64,000 nucleotides of DNA from Perna viridis (lineage: Eukaryota): NCBI GenBank assembly GCA_037379345.1, contig CM074523.1, positions 32,565,678 to 32,629,677 of the forward strand, given 5' to 3'. The notes under the pieces are model-generated. The model saw only the letters and a list, made by a program, of their open reading frames with translations, was not told the DNA's origin and searched no databases. The position numbers were made by a program, and so were the translations under genes. Of the stretch, positions 39,501 to 51,500 are shown one piece after another. Numbering within the stretch: the first letter of the stretch is position 1; the number at the start of each line of letters is the position of its first letter.

Positions 39501-42500
39501 CGTTTGCATGATATCTTGAACTGTGTCTCCCCTTTCCCAGTCCCTTGCTTATCTCCCCTTTCCCAGTCCTTATCTGTTTCCTGTTTTAATACTTAATAGC
39601 ATGATATGGTGTGCAAGATCTTGTTTAAATCTTAAAATGAGAGGAAGTAAGGACTTTGTCGATTTACATGGAATACTTTTTTAATGTTTCAGTGCTGGGT
39701 GGTATTGTACAGAAGCATCGACCATGACCATGCCATCAAATCCTGTCGAGGGTGGAAGATGTTCAGTTGGTCAATATTGTCCTGAGGGTAGTGAAGCTCC
39801 CATTGAATGTGATGGTGGAAAGTATTGCCAGACTGTTGGATTATCCCTGCCTACTGGTATCTGCTTGGCAGGTTAGTGTCTTGTACAAAGAGTTGACATA
39901 AGGTTGATTTGAAGGTCAGACGGTCAAATAAAGTAATTTTTTTAGAATGAAACCTGTATTCTGAGTAGGCAGTTCAGTTATATTCAGTGAATATTTAAAG
40001 ACTTAGAGTCAAGAAAGTGTTCTCCTGCAAGAAATTGTTTCTTTGTGCTATGATATCTATTAGAATTAAGCATTGCTATTTTAGTCTTTTTTATCATGCA
40101 AATTGTCATGGAATGCCTAAAATATCCAGTCAATCAATATATTTTTTTCTCTATTTTTTCAGGATACTACTGTAACATCAGTGCTTTTATAGCCACACCA
40201 CCCCCAAGCACCTCTGGTGACAGATGTCCAAAGGGTCATTATTGCCCTGCCCAGAGTATTGCCCCAACACCATGCCCCATTGGTTATTACTATGATAGAA
40301 CTGGAGCTCAACAGGAATCTGACTGTGTCATCTGTACTAAAGGTCAGTTGTTTTTTTTTTATGAAAGGTTATGTGTACTTTTTTTTTGTTATGCACTGCA
40401 TTTGTACTTGATAAAGTCGTATTTACTTTACATTTCTAAACTGATGATTAGCTGGTTGAGTTTTTGTACTACATGAAATTTTGTAAAAGGTTCTTCCAGT
40501 TATCATAATAACATTGATTTTCAGTGTTCTTAATATGGCACCTAACAAATGAGGAATCATTTAAAATCTGAGAACAAAGTATTATTTGAATTTGGAATTA
40601 TTTTGGATTTTAGAAAATAAGTGAAAAAATTATTTATAAAACTTACCCCTACTAATGGGGTTAGTCATGCCGTCATGACTAAGGGAGGTTAGTAAGTTTC
40701 CTTGACTTTTGTTATTCAACAAACTCTGTCCCTTAGTCATGCCAGCATGACTAACCTCTTTAGTAAGGGTTAGTTTTACTAATTTTATTTTTGGTCATTT
40801 TCTTAATTCCAAAATAATTCCAAATTTAAACAATTGAGTTTCTTAGTGTTTGAAATGAAAAGTAAAATTTCATATAAGTAAAACCTTACCTGTTATCACT
40901 CCCACATTAGAGGGAGACTCCCACTAAATCAATGAGAATTTTAGAATCCCCCACATTAAAATGTAAGATTTATAGGAGGTTTTTGGTTAAAATTAATGCT
41001 TTTTCTGTGACAAATACTAAATAATTTAATTCTTACATAAAACAATTTGCTTTTGGGTGAAAATCTTCCACATAAAATAGTGTCAGTGGGGGTAGAATCT
41101 CCCACATGAACTTCCTCAAAGGTTAACAGGCAGAGTGAAGGAATATTTTTATGAGTAACAATAGTACAAACCTATTTCTTCATAATGTAACACTGTTTGG
41201 CATTGGCTGTGTGCATACATGTATTGTAGATTATACCCAATAATGATACTTAATAAAAGTAGATCACCAAACTAGATTTGGAAATAATCATATATGTACT
41301 TGTGTGTATCATCATATTACATTAAAATAGAATTGAAGAAAACGGAAAACATTTATCTTATTCTAGAACAATAACATTACGTGTCACAGAACTTTTTAAT
41401 TGTGCTCTTTGCAAATAAAAAACCTTTAATTTTCTATACATTTCCATACTTAGTTTTCCCACATATTGTCTCCTCTTGAATGCAATATTCTGTACAAATT
41501 TGCAAGATGCCTGAAAAAAATACTCCATTGCATAGTTTTGGTCTGCCTTAGAATCCATTATCCTATGCACCCTTCCGCCATATTGAAAAAAAAGTGATGT
41601 TTAATTTTAGGAAAATACTGTGGAAGCTACGGACTAGAGGCTGAAACTGGAGACTGTGCAGCTGGGTACTATTGTCCTGAAGGTCAAACAGTGGCCACAC
41701 CCGCCAATTACAGCTGTCCTCTGGGATACTTCTGTGTGGGTGGGAAGGAAATGCCAGAGCCATGCCCATCTGGAACTTATCAGGTATTCATAGGAGTTTG
41801 TTTCATATTCCTCAAACAATGTTTTAGGGGTATGTAGGAATCACTTACCTATGATTATTAATATTATTTTAATACTCCCATCCTACAAAATGAGATAAAA
41901 TATAGGAACACCTTTGTCCAAACTTAAGATTAAATTTCTTAGAAACTTTATGTGAAGATTAGACAAAGACATGCCTGAAGATTGATATATGCATCCTTTC
42001 TGTTCAATGTATTCTTCCTAAAATTTATTAAAAAATTTGCATCCATGTTAATTGAAGTTTTTGTGCAAACAAACAATACTTATTGCAGTTGCCTCTCACT
42101 GAAGAAAATTCAGATACAGTCAAATAAATGTAAACCAATTTGTGAAGAAAATGAAAATCCCTTTATTTACTGAAAACCTGTCTAAACCAGACAGTCCAAT
42201 TTTGACATTTGAAATACATGGTGTACCTATGTTAAACAACACTCCTGCCTATAGTGAACAAAACTTACAAAAAAATGGGGTTCAGTTTAGACAGGTTTCA
42301 ATGTACTTTTAACAAGGTCAATGATCCTAAACATGCCCCTGAATTGTAGTTCTGATATTTTTATTGTTTTAGGACGAACCAATACAAAGTACCTGTAAAA
42401 CATGTCCTGCAGGATATTATTGTAATGCTACATTCAGTCCTGTCATCAACTATGCCACTTATATCTGTCCAGAAGGATATTATTGCCCAGATGGAACCAG

Positions 42501-45500
42501 TTTTGATGATGAATATCCTTGTCCTAAGGGAACTTTTAACAACAGAACGGGTAATGTTTACATTGAACTTCTTGCCTTTAATGTGTATTTGGAAATTTGT
42601 TTTAGCTTTTTATATTTTCTGTGGTGAAGTCTTTGCAGAAACACACAAAAAAACTTTTTATTTTTATTTTCATGAAATATGGCCAAAAATAGACATACCT
42701 GTTAACCCTCCCATATTTCAGTGGAGATTCCCACAAAATCAGTGAAAAATTTCGGACATCCCACAGAAATGTTAAGATTTATGGGAGGGTTTTGGTTTAT
42801 ATTTTCAGTGACGAATACTTAATAATTGAATTCTTACATTTAAAAAAAATTGCTTTTCATCAAAATCTCCCACATAAAACAGTGTCAATGGGGGAGAATC
42901 TTCCACACGAATTGTTCCAAGGTTAACAGATATTATACAGACTGTTCCAAAGTTAACAGGTATGATTCTGACTGTTCCAAGGTTAACAGGTATAATACAC
43001 ACTGTTTTTTAAGGTTAACAGGTATGATTCAGACTGTTCCAAAGTTAACAGGTATGATTCAGACTGTTCCAAGGTTAACAGGTATGATTCAGACTGTCAG
43101 AAAGTAGAATAAACAGATAATTTTAGTCTTGAGAAAATATACAGCAGTTAATAAGATCACTATATGTATTTATGCATACAAGACCAGTTGATTCTCATGT
43201 TCTTAATTTAGATCTTATAAAAAGGTTATTTTGCATTGTCACTTTAACTCTTAATGCATATTGAATAAAATATTATGGATGTTTGCTGGTCATGTTCAGC
43301 CATTTTTTGTCAGCTTTTCAGACTCTGCTGGTTTTATCCATTTTGTATAGCATTTATATTTTTTACACAGTGATCCCCACTTTTCTTTTCATAATTTCAT
43401 TAAACACACCTTAAAATTAAAATGTTTTATTTTGAGAAGTTTAAATGAAATCCTTGTTTTTTTCTTCATTGTTTTTAATAGATAAAACCTACTAAGATAA
43501 AACCTTATACAAGAGAAATCCTTTTCCCAGCAAAATTTCAAATGCGTATATCTTAAAAATGAGCTCACTGACTATTTTTTCTTCTTATATTGTTCTAGCG
43601 TGAAAAATAATTTTGCAACCCATTAAAATCCTTGATATTCTTAGACCAGCGAACATTCTTTAAATAGGCTTAAACATATGTTTAAGTAATGCTTTGTTAA
43701 GATTTTAATCTATCTTTTGTTTCATTTTAGGACTGAACAGTACACATGAATGCTCTGAATGTGTTGGTGGAATGGCATGTGACATGGATGGTTTGACCTA
43801 TCCCATGAGGCCTTGCTCAGCTGGATATTTCTGTAGACAGAGTGCCGACTCCACAACACCTAGTTTAGGTAAGATTGACAGTATGTTTGCATTGTAATGT
43901 GCTGTGTTTTTTTATAAATCTTATATTTGTGTGTAGTAGGTTGTTTCTACTAAGTGTTCTACTGAGGTGAATGTTATTTCAATGACTTAGCACTTGTTTT
44001 CTCATATTAACTTTGATATCACTATTGTGAGAGCCAAAAAATGATAGCATTGATGTATGGTATTGTATTGGGTAGTTACTTGTTTTAAATTGTAAGTTTT
44101 CAAAATTTTCAAAAATGGTCATTTGGAATATTGAAAGAGTAATCAAGGGAACCAAGGTTATAGCGGTAATCAAAAGAATGTAATCCAGGGAAAAAAGGAG
44201 ATTGTTTAAATTACAGGGAAATCTAACTCCATGAGGTCTCTGAATAAATAAAAAAAAAATCATTCAGTTATTTGCATAATCAGTTTCCTTATCCACAAAG
44301 GAAATTATTTTTATGTAGTCCAAAAGGTACTCCAAAAGTGATGAAATTTAAAAATCTCTTCTATTTTAGTATTTGATACTTGAGCTATTTTGTAGACTTG
44401 TGTCAAACAAATCCTATGGCATGGCTTCCTCAGGATGCATTAACGAAAATTGGATTATTGTAGGTTCCTTGGCCGACCGATGTTCAGCAGGATCATACTG
44501 TCCAGAGCAGACGGCTGAACCAATCGGCTGTCCTGAGGGTAGTTATAGTCCTGCCGTGGGGCTCCAGATGGAAAGTCAGTGTATCAATTGTACAGGAGGA
44601 TATTATTGTAATGAAACAGGTTTGTAGGCTTAAATCTGTCTTTGTTTAAGTAAACATTGGACTCTGGTAACACCCTCATTCATTTACTTTAAAAAGTACT
44701 CTAGCTGACAGCTTCCAAAACCAAAGCGTCATACTTTATATTGGTTCTTTAATGAGCTTAGCTCACAGTTTTTCTAGTTAAATTACCTAATTCAGGATTT
44801 ACCTTTATTGTTATTATTGTCACATGTCGTAGTATTTATTTAGGTTTAACTTCAGGACTTACCTTTAATGTTATAATGGTCACATGGTGTCTTATTTATT
44901 TATGTTTAACTTCAGGACTTACCTTTATTGTTATGGTGTCTTATTTATTTAGGTTTAACAGCAGTTGTAGGACAGTGTCTCCCATCGTATTACTGTCCTG
45001 TTGGCTCCAAGGTATCCACTGAGATAATTTGTACGGCTGGTCACTACTGTCCACTGGGTACAGAGACACCTGTCCCATGTCCTGCTGGAACGTTCTCGGA
45101 CATCCAGGGACTCAGTATGGAGTCAGAATGTGCTAACTGTACTAAAGGATATTATTGTGAGACTTCTGGCTTGACAAATGTTACTGGTCCTTGCAAGGAA
45201 GGTAATCATTAAAGATAGGTTGTTCTAATGTAGCACTCGATGTTTAGAGCTTCTACAGATTTTACACAACTGAAATCCTTTATATTTTTTATATACTTTC
45301 CATTAAGAAATCCTGGAATGTTTAAATTGAAATTGTGGGTCTTATATACCGTGCTCCAAGGAAATTCTGCAAAATGGTGAAAAAGATCAGACCAAGATTC
45401 AATTGGACCAAGCAGCTGTCAAGAATTTTCTGAAACATTTCAGGTTTCATTTCATACTAATAAGATATGACATTTTGAAAATAGGAAGCAACTGTAATCA

Positions 45501-48500
45501 CGCTCAAAATGATTTTTTTTAAGGACAGGATTTTGAATTTCAGGATTGAAATTAGTGTTTTTTAGAAAATATTTAACTAGTTATGGTTTTGTGTTTCAGG
45601 ATACTATTGTCCAACAAAATCCAGTGTAGAAACTCAGATTATCTGTCCAGAAGCTAGACATTGTCCAACAGGGAGTGCGGAACCACAGGAATGTCCCGAT
45701 GGAATGTTTGTTGATTATCAAGGGGCTGCAACTTGCTCTGTCTGTCCAGAAGGTAATCAAGTATATCTATAAAGTTTTATATGTGGAATTGAGGGGATCC
45801 AAAATAGAAATTAATGAAATACTTTTAATTCAGGAAATGTTTGCTTTGTCTTCTTTCTTTTGATTTTTCTAATCAATTAAATTTTTGTTAATGATTTTGA
45901 ACTTGATTTTTTATGAAATATTTCAGGCTACTATTGTATACCAGAACTTTCAATCGAGGGAGATGCCTCATCAGCCAAAACAATCTGTCCCCTCGGATAT
46001 TTCTGTCCTAATGGGACAGGACATGACTGGCAGCCTTGTCCTGCTGGAACTTTCGGAAACAGTCTTGGACTTAAGAAAGCAGAGGATTGTACACCATGTA
46101 CTGGTGGACAATATTGTGAAGGTATGGAAGCTACCGGGTTGGTTTTATGATGAAGGAGGGGGGTAGATGGAATTTGAATTGAAAAATGAAAGGACTTAAC
46201 CAGACATGTGTGATAAAGTATCCAATACAAGAAATTAGTCATATTACAAAAGGCTTAAGATAGAAAAAAAAACAAAATAGGACTGACATTACAACAACAA
46301 AAAACAACCTTAACCACTACACCACTGAAATCAAAGTCTTTGAAATGTCTTAAATGTTAACAAATCCATCTATGACCTTTCATTCTCAAGGAATTATGAA
46401 CTATGATGTCTTTGAAATACCAATGAAAGAGGAGGTATTGTGCTGCAGAAGATTAATCGTCCTCCATGAAAATTTGTCTTTTCCAGAAGATTGGAATGTT
46501 CTCTTTATGAGGTTAGATATACATTTTGTTTGTTTTCCAGGAACTAACTTGACCTCACCAACTGGAGACTGCTGGCCTGGATATTATTGTATCTCAGGTG
46601 TTGACAAAGCCAACCCTTTGATGTTAAATGACTCTCAATGTCCTACTGGAACCACACATCCAATCATTGGCCATCTTTGTCCAGCAGGTCACTATTGTCC
46701 TTCTGGTACAGACTATCCCATTGGTTGCCCAGCTGGGTCATACCAAGACCTGACCAATCAGGACTACTGTAAGGCCTGTCCTTTGGGTCATTATTGTTAT
46801 GCCAACACATCAGACTACGCTCCAAATATTTGTCCTGGTGGATATTATTGTCCAATCAACACAACTGATTTATACGAGTTCCCATGTCCACCTGGTACCT
46901 TTAACAATTTGACCCAACAACACAGTATAGATTCATGTGAGTCATGCACTCCTGGCATGTATTGTCAAGGTCATGGAAATGCTTACCCAACCGGAAACTG
47001 TTCTGCAGGATGGTACTGTACCAATGGATCTGATGCTTCTCAGGTTAGTGGTTATCTTCATGACTTTTCAAGTAAGGTGTTGTTATAGAATTTTTCGTTT
47101 GAAATATTTGAATTTTATCTTTTATCCTCCCTAAATTCGAATTTACCAAGAATTATGGATTTTAGTCTTTACCCATGAGTTTTGAAAGAGGGTGCTAACT
47201 TCATAAAAAATCTGGGGATCCTTCTTCAAAAATGTTGACTTTAATAATAATAATTATGCTAATAATAACAGTTTACTTTATTTTAAGAGGATAACACAGT
47301 AAGTTAACAAGAACTAATCTTCCTGAAGCCCTCATGCAATACAAATGAAGACAGAAATTATGTACACATAATAGTCACAGTTGAATGAGTTTAATAGTGT
47401 TTGATGGTTTTCGAAGGGAGTGTGATTGCAACTGATCAAACTCCCTTGTGTAGGGCCCTGAAAAATTAAGGCTTTTATTAAAATATCAGTCTTAGATTTC
47501 TTTATGAAATCAGAGTCTGGTCATGAAAATCTCACATTACAGTCTATGGCCAGTGGATAAAAATGGTTATGATGAAAAACAACAAATGTACCAGCATATA
47601 ACCTTAATACAAAATAATACTTTCTGAGGTCACCATAAGGTCTTCAACAGTGTATGCATGAAAAATTATTTGATTTTTAATTGTCATTAACTTTTGTCAT
47701 TTCAGCCCACATTGACTGGTGGACAGTGTTTAGCAGGATTCTTCTGTCCAGAAGGATCATACGAAATGCAGAATTGTACAGCTGGACAATATTGCTCAAC
47801 AGATGGACTTGAAATCCCTGATGGGTACTGTGATGCTGGATATTATTGCCCAATTGGCTCAACATCTCCACAGCAAATTGATTGTCCAGTGGGCCACTAT
47901 TGCCCACTAGGAAGTGACTTGCCTATGCCTTGTGGTAATGGAACATATGCACCCAAAATACGACAGCAGCAGTCTTCAGATTGTAAATCATGTGATGGAG
48001 GGTATTACTGTAATGGCACTGGACTCAATGCTGTATCTGGACAATGTGATGCAGGTAAAAGGCAACAATGTCTGTCTGTCTATCCTTACATGTACATGTA
48101 ACTCTTCATGTAAGCGTGTCCAAGTAACAGTATTCACAAATTAAAGTACTTCCTCATCAAGACTCTACAATAACTTCAGCCTTTAGAGTTCAATGATTAA
48201 TACATATTTATCTCTAAACACTAAGAATTGAAATGAATAAGCTTCCATTTTTTTCAGGTTTTTACTGTCCACCTGGCCAAACCCAGCCCAACCCATATGA
48301 CTACAGATGTCCCCTAGGACATTACTGTTTGGTAGGGACCCACACCTTTTACAGATGTCTGAATGGATTCTTTCAGAATGAGAAAGGAAAGTCATCTTGC
48401 AAGATATGTACTGAAGGTAAAGAAACAATATCTTTCACAGAGGTTATATTCAATATTTCAGTGCTTTTACATGACTGCCATACTCAGTACAAAGCCCCAC

Positions 48501-51500
48501 AGCTTTATACAAATTAGCACAGTACACAGTAAATAGCTTTGGTGATTTGTAATGAGTGTGTAGCTGAGTGTTATATAGTAAATCGAGAAGTAGATATATA
48601 TAGGTCTACAGAAGACATACTCCACAATAGAAGCAGATATACAGCAGATATATATAGGTCTATAGAAGATATACTCCACAATAGAAGCAGATATACAGCA
48701 GATATATATAGGTCTGCAGAAGACATACTCCACAATAGAAGCAGATATACAGCGGATATATATAGGTCTACAGAAGACATACTCCACAATAGAAGCAGAT
48801 ACATATAGGTTTGCAGAAGACATACTCCACAATAGAAGCAGATATATATAGGTCTACAGAAGACATACTCCACAATAGAAGCAGATATACAGCATATATA
48901 TATATAGGTCTGCAGAAGACATACTCCACAATAGAAGCAGATATACAGCAGATATATATAGGTCTGCAGAAGACATACTCCACAATAGAAGCAGATATAC
49001 AGCGGATATATATAGGTCTGCAGAAGACATACTCCACAATAGAAGCAGATATACAGCAGATATATATAGGTCTGCAGAAGACATACTCCACATATTTTCG
49101 GGAGTTATTTATTTTTGTTGTTTTTTTTTTTTAATAAATTACAAAAAAAATCACAGCAAGTAAGTCCCTTTATTATGCAACACACATCCTTTATTATACA
49201 ATTTAGATTTTAGATGATATGTAACTCATGAAGATAAATAGCAACAATATTGAATGCATATTATTTTATTTATTATTATTAATTTTAGTGTTAGACCTGT
49301 ATAGCATGAAACTGATTAAATTGAATTTTAATTTTAGATTTTAGTATCATTTGATTGAAAATCCCAATTTAAATTGTGACAGTAAAGTGGTTGTTTGATA
49401 GATTGATTGATTATGTCTTAATGTCCTATGGCAAATTTTTTATGAATTTCATTCAAGAATGATTGACAAATCAAACAGACTTTGTTTTGACACACTGAGC
49501 TGGGTTAGCTCACATCTTATGGGTTTGGAAAGGGTCCCTCATTAATGATTGATCTGCTAATCTTGATACAGATGTTTGAACATTTGTGGGTTTTTTATTT
49601 ATAACTGCCTTAGCTTTGTTTAAACAACTCTACTTGTCCTTTCTATGATTTTTCATTTCCTTCTTTTTCAGGATATTATTGTGATAACAGTATAGAACCC
49701 ATTGGGGACCTCACTAACTACACATGCCCACTTGGGTATTACTGTCCTAATGGAACTGAGACAGCCACACAGTATCCCTGTCCTGCTGGTACCTTCAACA
49801 ACAGATCTGGCATGGTGTATGAGACAGACTGTCAGCCATGTACACCTGGGTATTACTGTCAGAACACTGGACTTCCAGAACCTCAGGGGCTTTGTTTCCC
49901 AGGGTAAGTTGACAGTGGCATAGTGTATGGAAGGGTCTGTCAGGCATGTCCTTTTAGGTATTACTGTTAGAATAATTGATTTCCAAATCCAAACTGTTTT
50001 CTAGTGTGAACATGGTTTTTGAGATAAGGAATGTTGAAAAGTAAGCAATCTCCCAATCAAGAGTCCAGAAATTTTGACAGCCCATGCTGGACATTTTATC
50101 AAACTTCAACTGACGTTTTTGTCAGTCTTTTAAGATGCTCAGATCGAAAATAAACTTTGTATGTAGTTATTTTAAGATAAATATGGGAAAGTGTGTTATT
50201 TCATCACATACTCTGTCTTTTACAAAATATCAGAGGAAGTGAATGAGTTTGGTTTCGACCACATGTGGACGTTCCAACATTTAAACAAAACATATCTCTT
50301 GGACTTTTTCATCACATAGGCAAACAGCCAATACTTCCGAGTGATGAAAAATATGTTGATTATTTATAAAAGAAAATCGCAAACACATTTTGTTTGTTGA
50401 CTTCTGTGTTAAAACGATTCAATCAACGAATTAATAATTACAAACTACATGTACGACTGATTTGAAGTTTCAGTTCCATGTGCTTTCGTTACCTCTGAAA
50501 GATCGGTGGGGAAATGGTGGACTTGTCAGTCTTTTTTCTTAATTAATAAATGTATAAAGATTCTCCGAGTTACTACAATTAATTCGTATAGGCAATGGGG
50601 CTGCACTTGTACCGTTAATTCAATTATATAATCAACTTATCAGTCACAGGTGGCTGCACATTGGCTGAAATTGACACAAACCTGTCAATTAATTTCCAAT
50701 AAACAATTAGGAGACTGGTAGACAGGATGTTTATACACTAATAAAACCACGCAGACTGTAATTTATAAGGGTTGACAATTTTTTTTAAGTCCGATATTGG
50801 AAAATTGTTGTAGGTCATTTGCAAAATTTGTCGGTCAATGACCGGCATTTTTTACCGTTTCCGGATCCATGCTCCTGATCCCAGACCTAATAAGTTTGAC
50901 ATACCTCAATATACTAGTATAATGCTTTTTTTTTCTAAGAACATACTATCGCCTAAAGGGTTGTGATTCTAAGGTTAGTGTACATGTACAGTGAAACCTG
51001 GGTAAATGGACCCTGGATCTTATTTCAAAAGATTTGCCAATGCTGGATTTCAAGCAAGTAGTCATTTATATATAACTGATTTTTTATTTGTTTTCAGCTA
51101 CTACTGCAATGGAAGTACTATTGACCCCAACCCAACAGAAGGACTTTGCCCAGTAGGCAACTATTGTCCAGAAGGCAGTTACCAGCCTACTGCTTGCCCA
51201 GATGGAACAATTGCTGTGTCAACAGGCAATGACAACCTTACTGATTGTGAGCTTTGTAAACCTGGCAACTATTGTACTCCTGCTAGCTCAAAGAATGGTA
51301 AGTTCACTATTTGAAAAGTAGTGTTTTCAAATTATTATGCAATTTTTTAATATCTTGTAGCTAATCTAGTCATTATTATTTACTGTGGAGATATTTGTTC
51401 TATTTTAAAAAAAATTATGTATTAAGATTAATTTTATTATACTTGTATCATAATATATTGGCTGAAAATTGGTGGTTTTAATTTTTTTACATAAGTGCTA

